The notes: generated by a model not told the origin, from the letters alone. DNA of 64,000 nt from Eledone cirrhosa (GCA_964016885.1 OZ024743.1:88846001-88910000); one strand, 5' to 3'. Positions 13,022-25,715 are shown, counted from the stretch's first letter. Made by a program: numbers and translations.

Positions 13022-13488
13022 TTAGCAGAAAAACCACCCTTTGTGTAGTGTGTATATTGATATTATATGCAAGTATATATACATCTAGATATGATACATC
13101 AAATAAATCATAATTGACAATATACACAGAAATTGAACGAAGGCTGTGTTACACTGTCTTATGTAATCAGTAACGTAATCCATGATACATTAAAAAAAGA
13201 CGATATTATATATAAATTGCATTAGGAGAAAATTAGTGACGGAAATATATGAATGTTTATTTAAGCGATCACTAACCGGAAGTGTTGACATTTGAAAATT
13301 TTAAAGAAGCGAATCTTAAAATAACCAACAAAATTATTTATATTTAATCAAGAATAACGAAATTTAGTAGATAAATTATGTAATATTCATTCATTATTTA
13401 TTCAAATTAATCCAACTTATTTTACAACCGGGATAAAAAAATATATTCTGGACGCAGTCCCACACTCCTTACTTTATTATAGTTTAGA
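13022..13488 (-). mobile_element. Probable non-autonomous Helitron
   Basis: Minus strand starts A|TCTAAACTATAATAAAG and ends ...gggtggtttttctgCTAA|t (CTRR). Confidence 0.5.
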
Positions 13489-13532
13489 TATAAAGGCAGC
13501 TTTTCCCTCTTAATCTGTGTGTGTGTATATAT

Positions 13533-13780
13533 CTAAGGTGGGTAAAATTCCCGAGATCCATGGACGAGTTCTCTCCAGCGGTCTCTGTCCCTCATTATCG
13601 CTGCCATGTCCTGCGTCTCCAACAGACCAGTGTCTGTCCTTAGAGCATCAACATACGTTAACCTTGGTCTTCCTCTTCTAGTGTGTCCATGTAGGGGCTC
13701 CCACAGGAGCACTGAGAGCAATGTCAACTCTGGATGTCGGTGAGCATGTCCAGCTAACCTCAGTCTCCTCTGTGTCACTT
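13533..13780 (-). mobile_element. RTE/RTE-X-like LINE 3' fragment
   Basis: RRLRLAGHAHRHPE...LLWEP..G.TRRGRPRLTYVD. Confidence 0.8.
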
Positions 13781-13789
13781 TTGATATAC

Positions 13790-13917
13790 AAGTTTATCCC
13801 GGGTTCAATCGGGGGTAACCACAGTAAGTAAGGTACTCAATACAAAGCAGAGTATAAATATTTAATATAGAAAAGGCTTCTACAGGACTAGAACTGTTTT
13901 ATTCGGGAGAAATCATA
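13790..13917 (-). mobile_element. PLE family beta terminal fragment; copies at 31981-32113 (-) and 58160-58230 (+)
   Basis: Shared ggttcaa..ggggtaaccacagtaagtaaggtactcaat...cttctacaggacta sequence. Confidence 0.6.
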
Positions 13918-13994
13918 TACACAAAGAGGAAAAAACTGTCTTCTCCCTGTCTAAACAAGAAAAAAAAATGAGTCATACAAAGTACAGCCAATAC

Positions 13995-14555
13995 TTTGTA
14001 TGGTATTGTGTTACTATGGCAACAATATCCGATGTTGCGTTTCTAGAATAATGTATTACCATGACAACAGTATTTCATATAGCATTACCATGGTAACAAT
14101 GTCTCATAGAGTATTGTATTATCATAACAACAGTGTCTCATATGATATTGAATTACCATAGCAACAGTGTCTTGATCAATGGCAACAATGTCTCACATAA
14201 TATTGTATGATCATAAAATCAGTGTCTCATATAATATTTCCATGGTAACAGTGTCTCATATTGTATTGCATTACTATAGCAATGATATTTCATATTATAT
14301 CATAATCTCACAGTAACAGTATCTCATATAATATTACCATGGCAACCATGTTTCATAAAGTAATGTTCTACCATAGCAACAGTATCTCATATAGTATTAC
14401 CATGGCAACCATGTCTCATAAAGTAATGTATTACCATAGCAACAATGTCTCATATAGTATTGTATTACCATGACAACTATGTCTCCTAAAGTAATGTCTT
14501 ACCATAGCAACAGTGTCTCATATAGTATTGTATTACCATGGCAACAATGTCTTTC
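13995..14555. repeat. Degenerate minisatellite, unit about 35-41 bp (gtattaccatggcaacagtgtctcatata...)
   Basis: Direct observation; one more unit resumes at 15136. Confidence 0.85.
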
Positions 14556-14567
14556 ATTACGGCTTAC

Positions 14568-15133
14568 AGAGCCCACGTCTGCACAAGCTTAACATAATAC
14601 TCAGGGAGATTCAGTATGACACATTGTGTGACTAGGCTGGTCCTTTAAATTACAAGTACAATTAATTTTTGCTAGCTGAGTGGACTGGAGCAACATAAAA
14701 TAAAGTGCTTTGCTCAAGGACACAATACAATGTTTATAAATCAAACTCAAGGACACAATACAATGTTTATAAATCAAACTCAAGGACACAATACAATGTT
14801 TATAAATCAAACTCAAGGACACAATACAATGTTTATAAATCAAACTCATGACCTTACCAAACATTCTAACCACTAAGCCATACATCTTCTCTAATGACAC
14901 ACACCACTTACATATATGTATGTATGGTCACGTAACTCCTGTTGGAGTTTGTGGGGGATCGTAGTGGCATACAGCATTTCTTGGGTACTTTTAAGTGTGG
15001 TGGAGCCCATCCCTCTCCAGGTCTGAATACAGCAAATTATCACAACTATCATCTTCGGCATCATTATCACCGTCATCACCACCATCATCATCACTACCAC
15101 CATCACTATCACTATCACCATTCTCTCCATCAC
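14568..15133. repeat. Local duplication: direct copy of about 7960-8325 (33-bp unit expanded to 4 copies) joined to an inverted copy of about 8889-9000
   Basis: Near-identical sequence; the ORF track shows the same peptides MSLEKMYG... and IQTWRGMG... at both places. Confidence 0.9.
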
Positions 15134-15409
15134 CAGTATTACCATGACAACTATGTCTATATATAACATCTTATTTGCGTTACTATGGTCACAGTGATGT
15201 CCCACATAACTACTGCGTCTTTAACACTGAAAATACTTAGTGACCTCAGTTGGTCATTGTGTCATCGGTGAAGGTCATTACGTGACAGTGTTGAGGGGAA
15301 GTCAGCCTGTGGGGGACTCTCTACTTCTACAGGGGGAGTATTAACTACAGATGGAAACAGGAGCCAACAGAAGTTAATCAAATATTTCAGCTGCGTCACA
15401 GATGTGGCT

Positions 15410-16352
15410 TACCACCACCACTACTACCACCACCACCACCACCACTACTACCACCACCACCATCACCACCACCACCACCACTGCTACCACCACCACCACC
15501 ACCATCACCACCACCACCACTGCTACCACCACCACCACCACCACCACCACCATCACCACCACCACCACCACCACTACTACCATCACCACCATCACCACCA
15601 CCACCACCACCACCACTACCATCACCACCATCACCACCATCACCACCACCACCACCACTACTACCATCACCACCATCACCAGCACTACCACCACCACCAT
15701 CACCACCACCACCACCACCATCACCACCACCACTACTAACACCACCATCACCACCACCACTACTAACACCACCACCACCATCACTACCACCACCACCACC
15801 ACCACTACTACCATCACCACCATCACCACTACTACCACCACCACCACCACCACCACCACCACCACCACCACCACCACCACCACCACCACCATCACCACCA
15901 CCACCACCACCACTACTAACACCACCACCACCATCACTACCACCACCACCACCACCACTACTACCATCACCACCATCACCACTACTACCACCACCACCAT
16001 CACCACCACTACTACCATCACCACCATCACCACTACTACCACCACCACCATCACCACCACCACTACTACCACCACCACCACCACTACTACCATCACCACC
16101 ACCACCAGCACTACTACCATCACCACCATCACCAGCACTACCACCACCACCATCATCACCACTACAGTTGTAGCTACTGCTGGCACCCCCACCCCACACT
16201 ACTTTATAGTGGTGCCCACACATATGTCATTGATAGAAATAGAAACTACTACTACTACTACCACCACAACTACTACTACTACTACTACTAAACCACCACC
16301 ACCATCACCACCACCACCACCACCACCACCACCACCACTACTACTACTACTA
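15410..16352. repeat. (ACC/ACT/ATC)n trinucleotide array
   Basis: Direct observation. Confidence 0.95.
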
Positions 16353-17029
16353 CTGGACTATTTCTTCCTACACCATCCAAATGAATGACAAAACAAACAT
16401 CATTAGAAACTAGTTTTAATGACAACAATTAATGTACAGAACTCTTCTAAATCCCCCTCCTCCTCTTCTTCCACCTCCTCTCCCCTCTCCTTTATCTTCC
16501 ACCACCTCCTTCTGACCCTCTCCCCCCTCCCCCCTCCTCTACTGTTTCAACACTCTCTCTCCTCTAGGAAGTTGCTTATTGTTCAAATTGTCAGTTTTTA
16601 TAAATTTCCTAGCTCATGGTAGTCCCAATAAAACGGTAATCAGTGTCTAGTAGACCAGTGGACTGGACAGTAGATAGTAGGTCAGTATTATGAATTGGTG
16701 GGCAGTAGTAGGTCAGTTTTGAGTACTAATGGATAAAAATTGACTGGGTCATAAAACCAGCCTGAACAGTCAATGGAAATTGAAGAACAGACAGTACATA
16801 AAAGCAATATCAAAGGACCAAAGCAGGCAGAATGTTGGTCACTCTCTTTCTTGACAACCTCAAATAAGAACACTTTTAAACTAGGCCGAAAACTACACCA
16901 CACAAAGTGGAGGAAACAGTGACTCCTGACCAATGCTTCAAACAGAGCCTTTTAAATCTATGTTTCACTTTAGTATTATCTTTGAACAGAAGTTGAGTGT
17001 TTTAAAACTGGTTCCAGCGCTTGAGCAAC

Positions 17030-19005
17030 ACTAACTAACAGGCTACTGACTTCTGAGGGTCAGAGGTGTGTTTTCACTGCTCAGCTAAGGTGACACTGGC
17101 TAACAGACTGTTGACAGCTGAGGGCCAGAGGTGTGTTTCACTGCTCAGCTAAGGTGACACTGGCTAACAGACTGTTGACAGTTGAGGGCCAGAGGTGTGT
17201 TTCACTGCTCAGTTAAGGTGACACTGTCAAACAGATTGTTGACAGCTGAGGGCCAGAGGTGTGTTTCACTGCTCAGCTAAGGTGACACTGGCTAACAGAC
17301 TGTTGACAGCTGAGGGGCAAAGGTGTGTTTCACTGCTCAGCTAAGGTGACACTGGCTAACAGACTGTTGACAGCTGAGGGCCAGAGGTGTGTTTCACTGC
17401 TCAGCTAAGGTGACACTGGCTAACAGACTATTGACAGTTGAGGGCCAGAGATGTGTTTCACTGCTCAGCTAAGGTGACACTGGCTGACAGACTATTGACA
17501 GCTGAGGGCTAGCGGTGTGTTTTCACTGCTCAGCTAAGGTGACACTGGCTAACAGACTGTTGACAGCTGAGGGCCAGAGGTGTGTTTTCACTGCTCAGCT
17601 AAGGTGACACTGGCTAACAGACTGTTGATAGCTGAGGGCCAGAGGTGTGTTTCACTGCTCAGCTAAGGTGACACTGGCTAACAGACTGTTGACAGCTGAG
17701 GGCCAGAGGTGTGTTTCACTGCTCAGTTAAGGTGATACTGGCTGACAGACTGTTGATAGCTGAGAGCCAGAGGTGTTTCACTGCTCAGTTAAGGTGATAC
17801 TGGCTGACAGACTGTTGACAGCTGAGGGCCAGAGGTGTGTTTCACTGCTCAGCTAAGGTGACACAGTCAAACAGACTGTTGACAGCTGAGGGCCAGAGGT
17901 GTGTTTCACTGCTCAGCTAAGGTGACACTGGCTAACAGACTGTTGACAGCTGAGGGCCAGAGGTGTGTTTCACTGCTCAGCTAAGGTGACACTGGCTAAC
18001 AGATTGTTGACAGCTGAGGGCCAGAGGTGTGTTTCACTGCTCAGCTAAGGTGACACAGTCAAACAGACTGTTGACAGCTGAGGGCCAGAGGTGTGTTTCA
18101 CTGCTCAACTAAGGTGACACTGGCTAACAGACTGTTGACAGCTGAGGGCCAGAGGTGTGTTTCACTGCTCAACTAAGGTGACACTGGCTAACAGACTGTT
18201 GACAGCTGAGAGCCAGAGGTGTTTCACTGCTCAGCTAAGGTGACACTGGCTAACAGACTGTTGACAGCTGAGGGCCAGAGGTGTGTTTCACTGCTCAGCT
18301 AAGATGACACAGTCAAACAGACTGTTGACAGCTGAGAGCCAGAGGTGTTTCACTGCTCAGCTAAGGTGACACTGGCTAACAGACTGTTGACAGCTGAGGG
18401 CCAGAGGTGTGTTTCACTGCTCAACTAAGGTGACACTGGCAAACAGATTGTTGATAGCTGAGGGCCAGAGGTGTGTTTCACTGCTCAGCTAAGGTGACAC
18501 TGGCTAACAGACTGTTGACAGCTGAGGGCCAGAGGTGTGTTTCACTGCTCAGCTAAGGTGACACAGTCAAACAGATTGTTGATAGCTGAGGGCCAGAGGT
18601 GTGTTTCACTGCTCAGCTAAGGTGACACTGGCTAACAGACTGTTGACAGCTGAGGGCCAGAGGTGTGTTTCACTGCTCAGCTAAGGTGACACTGGCTAAG
18701 AGACTGTTGACAGCTGAGGGCCAGAGGCGTGTTTCACTGCTCAGCTAAGGTGACACTGGCAAACAGACTGTTGACAGCTGAGGACCAGAGGTGTATTTCA
18801 CTGCTCAGTTAAGGTGACACTGGCTAACAGACTGTTGATAGCTGAGGGCCAGAGGTGTGTTTCACTGCTCAACTAAGGTGACACTGGCTAACAGACTGTT
18901 GACAGCTGAGGGCCAGAGGTGTGTTTCACTGCTCAGCTAAGGTGACACTGGCTAACAGACTGTTGATAGCTGAGGGCCAGAGGTGTGTTTCACTGCTCAG
19001 CTAAG
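17030..19005. repeat. 64-bp minisatellite, about 31 units (ctgctcagctaaggtgacactggctaacagactgttgacagctgagggccagaggtgtgtttca)
   Basis: Period of 64 measured between 17141 and 17205. Confidence 0.97.
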
Positions 19006-19095
19006 TCACATTCTCTTTTTGTTTCTATATTTGTATGGCAGCTGTGGTTTCAGGATTTTGGAACATTTTTCAGCTGTTTTTCTTTTTTAACCCAG

Positions 19096-19147
19096 CCCAG
19101 TGGCCCAGCAGCTCACCGTATGGCAACTCCCCCTCTGTTAATGGACA
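19096..19147 (+). other. Candidate small host exon
   Basis: Pyrimidine tract plus ccag acceptor, GC-rich stop-free body (QWPSSSPYGNSPSVNG), gtaggt donor. Confidence 0.28.
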
Positions 19148-19505
19148 GTAGGTCAATGTTGTAGACTAGTGGATAGTGATAGGTCATCGTTCACAGCTGC
19201 GCACTCACACACACATATATACACACATATATACACACACACATATATACACACACACATATACACACACACACACATATATACACACACACATATATAC
19301 ACACACACACATATATATGCACATACATATGTATATGACAGGCTTCATTACAGTCATTGTCCACCAAATTTCCCTCACTCAACATTAATCAGCCAAAGGA
19401 TATAGTAGAAGATACTTGTCCAAGGTATGATACAATGGGATTGGACTAGAAACCATGTAGTTATGAAATAAAGAGGTTTACCACAGACATGCCTGCACCT
19501 ATGTG

Positions 19506-19573
<68 letters not shown>

Positions 19574-19611
19574 GCATACAAACAGACATACATGCATATA
19601 TATATATATAT

Positions 19612-19828
19612 GATTTCTAGTATAGGCACAAGGCCAGTAATTTGGAGGGAGGGGAAAGTCGATTAAATCGACCCCAGTACATTACTGGTGCCTTATTTTA
19701 TGGGCCCTGTAAGGATGAAAGGCAAAGTTAACCTCGGTGGGATTTGAACTCAGATAATAAAGGGCCGTAACTCTGTGCTCCAAAGCATATCGTCCGACCC
19801 TCTACCGGTTCTGCCAATCCACCGGCCT
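19612..19828 (-). mobile_element. Full-length tRNA-derived Nin/Deu-like SINE
   Basis: A box tggcagaaccgg, B box gagttcaaatcc, gcctttcatcc domain, tail ctggccttgtgcct. Confidence 0.85.
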
Positions 19829-19861
19829 GTATATATATATTTATATAGTAATAATATATAA

Positions 19862-20410
19862 ACTACGGAGTAGGCAGACCCAGAAAAACCTGGGACGATT
19901 TGATAAATTCTGACCTTACACACTTACACCTCTCCAAGACAATGTCACTGGATCGAGATCTTTGGCGCTACGCAATAATACAGAAGACCCGCCTTACCTA
20001 AGTACAAAGCGAAACCTACAGTCAGTAAGCACCTCTTAACCAAAAATACGCCCCCATCCCACTACCCCTACCCCCGCCCCCATCTACGCCACCCCTTTTT
20101 CTGTAAAGTTATGTTGGTACCACAACATCCATAAATGAGGTCATGTAGGTGTCACGACAAAAAAACACAGTATACGCTGTAATGTGGCCGTGTAGGCAAC
20201 ACGGTAAAAACCTCCCAGTCCACACTGTAAATGTGGTTGGTGTTAGGAAGGGCATCCAGCCGTAGAAAACCTGCCAGACAGTCCTATACGAGCAGGACAA
20301 CCAATCTTGCCTCAAGTGGGAAAACTCCCGTCTAAACCCATGCTAGCGTGGAAAATAGACGTTAAACGATGATGATGATGATGATGATGATGATAATGAT
20401 GATGATGATG
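19862..20410 (+). mobile_element. RTE family B 3' fragment
   Basis: Highly similar to 3605-4141; (GAT)n tail. Confidence 0.9.
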
Positions 20411-20795
20411 AAAGGAACAAAAAATCAGTGTTGCAGCATATACATATTTAATTGCATATTACATATGTTTCACTGTTGATCAGCTCGAGGGACAATCGAT
20501 TAATGATCGAACCTGACTCTGGACTTGGAAGCTCCTCAGATATGTGTTAACATGTAGACTCGCTATGTTAACACATATCTGAGGAGCTTCCAAGTCCAGA
20601 GTCAGGTTCGATCATTAATCGATTGTCCCTCGAGCTGATCGACGGTGAAACATATGTAATATGTAATTAAATATGTATATGATGCAACACTGATTCTTTG
20701 CTCCCTTATATATTATTATTATTGATACTCTGCTCCCCAAGAGCATATCAGCATATCACCTACGGACGCAATTAATTTGCACCTTTAATACCTAT
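20411..20795 (+). mobile_element. PLE-like remnant: about 143-bp inverted arms (20411-20553 and 20565-20707) plus a 3' tail
   Basis: Near-perfect palindrome with an 11-nt spacer; hammerhead fold in each arm. Confidence 0.75.
20573..20664 (+). ncRNA. Type-I hammerhead ribozyme with extended helix II (antisense twin at 20454-20545)
   Basis: ACATAT-CTGAGGA-(61 nt)-GAAAC-ATAT-GTA-ATATGT; 6-bp helix I, GUA cleavage triplet. Confidence 0.72.
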
Positions 20796-20939
20796 ATACA
20801 CACACATATATATAGTGGTAGAATGCTGGTAGGTTATATCCGCAGTAGAGCACTCAGTCCATAGGACGAGTTTAATGATCCGTTTGAGGTGAAACAAATT
20901 GTTCTCGGAAATGGTGTATTAACTGTTGTGGAACTACTT

Positions 20940-21410
20940 ATCATCATCATCATCATCATTTTACGTCCGCTTTTCCCTGCTTGCAAGGGTCTTATTCAGC
21001 ACAACATCTCTCCACTTGTCATGGTCCTTCGTCATCTCCACCGTGAGCTTCAGCAATCTGAGGTCGGTTCTCACCACCTCCGCCCATGTTTTTCGTGGTC
21101 TACCTCTACCATGTCTTTCTTCAACTGGCATTTCCTGGCACTTCTTCACCCAGTGGTCATCCTCCATGTGCATCACATGTCCATACCACCTCAGTCTCCT
21201 CTCCTGTACATTCTATCCCTCTCAGACACAGTTTCTCTCTCAACACATTCATGCTGGGTTGTTCACGCACATTGACATTGCACATCCAACGGAGCATGCT
21301 TGCCTCATTTCTCTCCAGCCGTCGCATATCCTCTGCAGTTGCTGCCCATGTCTCACTGCCATGCAGTATCGCGCTCCTCACACAGGCATCATATAACCGG
21401 CCTTTCGTAC
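20940..21410 (-). mobile_element. 5'-truncated RTE family A
   Basis: Homologous to 637-1127 with frameshifts; (ATC)n tail at 20940. Confidence 0.9.
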
Positions 21411-21544
21411 TTATATATATATATATATATATATATATCATCACCATCATCATCGTTTTTTAATGTCTATCTTTCACAGTAGCATGGGTTAGATGGGTTT
21501 GTCCCACTTGAGGCAACTTGGGTCAGGTAACTGTGTCTTGCTTA

Positions 21545-23234
21545 TCATCATCCTCATCATCACCGTTTTACGTCCGTTCTTCCACGCTAGCATGGGTTAG
21601 ACGGGTTGTCCTGTTGTGTGTAGTGTCTGGTCGGCTGACCATGCCTTGCTCATACAGGAACTGATTTGGCTTGATTTCTACAGCTGGATGCCCTTCCTAA
21701 CACCAACCTCATTTACAGTGAGTGCTGGGTGCTTTTTCGTGGCGCCTACACGTCCACTTTACAGTGTGGGCTGGGTGCTTTTTTGCCGTGGCACCTCCAC
21801 GACCACCTTGCGGTGGAGGGTGTGGGGGCATACTGTTTATATGCTTCAGCATGTACCCATGGGAGGTCGGGTACTCTGTATTACTGCGTGACGCCAGAAG
21901 TCACGGTCGTGTGTCATTGTCTTTGAGAGGTGTAATTGGGTAAGGTCGGCTTTTATCACCTCATCCCAGGTCATCTTGGGTCTCCCCACTCCGTGGTTTC
22001 CATCAACTTCTAGTGCTCTGCACCTTTTTATGCAGCTGTCATCCTTCATACGCATCACATGTCCATACCAGCGCAACCGCCTCTCCTGCACACAGCATTT
22101 GATTCCTCTTATGCTCAGTCTCTCTCTCAATTCATTTATGGTTTGTCGTTTGCGTATATTACTGTTACACATCCATCGGAGCATGCAGGCTTTGTTTCTC
22201 TCTAATCTACGTAAGTCTTCCACCTTCAGCGCCCAGGTCTCACTACCATGCAACATCGCTGTTCGGATACACACATCATACAGTCTGCCTTTCATTCTGA
22301 GGGAGAAGCCTTTTGCAGCTAGCAGTGGTAGTAGTTCCCTAAACTTCTTCCATCCCGTTCTTACCCTAGTTATTGTACTTCCTGAACATCCACCTCCGTT
22401 GCTAATTCGGTCACCTAGGTAGCAGAAGCTGTCTACTGTTTCTACAGGGCCCTCCCAGAGATTGGTGGTACTTGTTTCCTGTGGCTGTTTGCTGCTTGCT
22501 GTTTCAGCACAGCTGCTGCATGTGAATCCTACATTCTTAATTAAGCTTCCTGAGATCCCGCTACATCTCTTGTGTACCCATTGTTTGCATTTGGGGCAGA
22601 GAATGGAGTTCCTACCTACACCTTTCCTACATACTGAGCAAGGCCATTTCCCTGAGGGGATCTGGGTTCTGTTTTCTCGTCTACTTACAAGGACCTTAGT
22701 CTTTGTCATGTTGACTTTGAGACCCTTTCTCTCTAGTCCCTGCTTCCAGGTTTGGAATTTATTCTCTAGTTCTACCATAGATTCAGCTATGAGTGCGAGG
22801 TCATCAGCATACAGGAGTTCCCATGGGCATCCGGTCTTAAACTCCTTCGTTATTACCTGCAGGACTATGATGAACAGGAGAGGGCTAAGAACAGAGCCCT
22901 GGTGGACCCCAACCTGTACGCTAAATTCCTCGCTATACTCATTGCTAATCCTAACTTTGCTGACTGCTCCCCGATACATGGCTTGTACCGCTTTCACAAG
23001 CCATTCATCTACTCCTAGTTTTCTAAGAGCCCACCAGATTACAGCACGTGGAACTCTGTCAAAGGCTTTCTCAAGGTCGACAAATGCCAAGTAGAGTGGC
23101 TTACTTTTAGCTAGGTACTTTTCCTGTAATTGCCTCACAAGGAAGAGGGCATCAGTGGTGCCTCTTCCTGGTACAAACCCAAATTGCATCCCGTCTATAT
23201 TCACCCGGTCCCTAATCAGCTGTGCTATAACTCG
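21545..23234 (-). mobile_element. 5'-truncated RTE LINE, family C; open RT ORF 21846-23234
   Basis: QFGFVPGRGTTDA, AFVDLEKAFDRVP, GVHQGSVLSP, YADD and a Cys-rich CSVC..CPKC..HKRC..CSSC insert. Confidence 0.95.
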
Positions 23235-23261
23235 TATATATATATATATATATATATATAT

Positions 23262-24151
23262 AACAAAGAAAGTGTGGTAAGAAACCAGGTGGACCATAAC
23301 GCACCAAAGTACTCGATACTTCGGGTAGTAGAGTGGGTAATAGGAAAAAAGTCAGGACCCTCATGGCTGAGATCCGGCCGTTTCGACAGTTAGGTCCAAA
23401 CTAAGCCAGCGGTATTAGGACGGCGGGAATCTAGCTGAACATATCAAGGGGTAAAGTCCATATATGGGCATGCAGTCAAAACAAAAAAAGCAGAAATATC
23501 TAATCAAACAATCCTTAGGTTAGCCCGGAATATTTTTACTCTTGTTAAATATACATAGCCATGCTTTTTTGGGGTGTATCATTATAAAAGAAAATACTAG
23601 TAAATTACTTTATTGAGGTGCCCTTCCCATGCATTAGAGTAACTGATAACTAAATTTCTTTATGAGGAATTTAATTAGTATTAATATCTATATGCTTTGC
23701 CCTTAGCTAAGTGTTAGACTTGGTATATTTACTTACACTCTAACAACCTTCCTTGATTCTTACATGCTGAAATTACTTTCTTACCCCTATTAAAGATAGT
23801 TGTAAAGATTTCTCTCTTAACACCTGACCAGCTTGGCACCCACAGGTCACACACTAATCTTACTCCCTCCCCTTTGTTCTACAGGCCAGTCCCCCCCCCC
23901 CCCCCGCTATGAAGGCATTTAACCATGGTACATGACATCCGCAAATCATTGACCACTCCCCATGACAGATAAGAAAAACAACAAATGTTTGATTTGATAT
24001 TTCTGCATTTTTTGTTTTGACTGCATGCCCATATATGGACTTTACCCTTTGATAAGTTTTGCTAGAATCCCACTGTCCTAATTCTGCTGGCTTAGTTTGG
24101 ATCTAGCAGTCGAAACGGCCGGAGCTCAGCTGTCAGGGTCCTGACTCTTTC

Positions 24152-24157
<6 letters not shown>
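23262..24157 (-). mobile_element. PLE family alpha remnant with inverted pseudo-LTR (arms about 23340-23510 and 23986-24157)
   Basis: About 170-bp inverted repeat containing a hammerhead; (TA)n on both sides; tail shared with 3 other copies. Confidence 0.75.
24044..24139 (+). ncRNA. Type-I hammerhead ribozyme, U3-A8 core variant (degenerate antisense twin at 23357-23452)
   Basis: ACCCT-TTGATAA-G..ttgctaga/tctagcag..C-GAAA-CGGC..GCTG-TC-AGGGT; GUC triplet at 24132-24134. Confidence 0.75.
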
Positions 24158-24183
<26 letters not shown>

Positions 24184-25104
24184 AATACTATATATTATTA
24201 TTAATACTAATAATAATAAATGTGAAGACTAAAATCCAAAGACGGCTTGATAAAGATAAATATATATCAAATATATAAGAAACAGAGCAGAATATCCCGT
24301 TAAGGGTGAAAGCAGCGCTTCTTTGCTTAAACTTTAATCTGTTATTTTAATATATATATATATATACATACACACACACATATATATATAGGCTTGCCGA
24401 ATATAAGCCGAAACTAGGCAATGTGGTAGAGTTTTTACCTTCCTCTCTACCCAGTCTACTTCTTCCTTCCATTACAGATTATGTAATGGAATAGTAAACA
24501 CTCCTACTGAACAAAGAGAAGTTTGTTGATTGTTGAGAGATTTATTTTAATTACTGTGTTAATTAAACTATTAATGACATACTACACTACCAGAATTGTT
24601 AGGTAGATCGTTAATTAACTGTCTTTAGTGTCTTTCATATATCACCAATACCAAATCTGACAGCAATCTGTGATAGGGGGCTCCACTGTACACCAGTAAG
24701 GAGGATTCCCCCCCCCCCCCCCGGCCACCGCCACCGCCACCGCCACCACCACCACCACAATACTTTGTGTTGTATAACATAACTATATTTTTGAAATATT
24801 GAGAGATCAAAGATAAATAAGGAGACAGCTGTACAAATAACATTACAAATTGTTTATAATTCTTACAGAATGAAAATATAAACACATATAATAAATACAA
24901 TTAATTATTGCTAGGAACCTCACAAATATAATACACAAAAATAATGATCAAAGCGATATAATCAGCTGCACACCTTTAGGGTGATGGCGAGGCTAAGACA
25001 TGAAGAATTTTTTCCTCTTTTGATACAAAACTGCTCGAATCTACCCCAGGTTCTGTTTATTTTAATATGTTTCTATTTATTTAAAAACCTTCTTCTTCAT
25101 CATC

Positions 25105-25715
25105 CACTTATTTTTGAGAGAGTTTTGGGGGCAGCATCTTCAAACACTCCTTCCACCAGATCCTGTCAGAAGCAACTGTCTCCAACTGATCCGGCTGGAT
25201 CTCTAAGTGAGACCAGCCAAGTTCATCGATGTTATCCAACGGTCTTAGACGGGGTCTACCCCTGGGCCTCCTACCAGTTGGTTTTGTCTGTCCAGCAATT
25301 CTTTCCTGAGACATTCTAACCACTTGCCCATAGTATTGGAGTTGTGATCTCTCAATTAGGAGAAGTAGCAGCTCTATCTGGAGTGACTCTCTGATCTCCG
25401 AGCTATGCACTCTATCGAGTAACGTTACTCCATAGACCCTTTGGAGGAACCCCATTTCGGCTGGTTGTATTTGCAATTGTATTCTTTCGGTCATTACCCA
25501 AGATTCATAACCATAGGTAAGGGTTGGCACGAATACCGAATTGAAGATATCAAGTTTGGCTTTTTACAGCCACCTCCCTTCTTCTGATTACCGAATGCTA
25601 AAACTGGTACATAACTACACCAGCTCTTGCCATACTCACATTTAATTCAGCCCCCTGCCTTCTATCACTCATGAACACGGCCCCAAAATACTTGAACTTC
25701 TCTACCTGCTTCATT
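25105..25715 (-). mobile_element. Degenerate RTE LINE (Expander/Rex3-like)
   Basis: PTLTYGYESWVMTE...AEMGFLQRV...GRRPRGRPR. Confidence 0.85.

Noticed and set aside
15374-16388. Long poly-Thr, poly-Val, poly-Gly and poly-His ORFs (mucin-like appearance)
   Set aside because: All frames are open because of the (ACC)n array; no supporting splice or domain context
23235-23297. N-terminus MVHLVSYHTFFVIYIYI of ORF 21846-23297
   Set aside because: Read-in from a PLE tail and (TA)n; the RTE is truncated at about 23234
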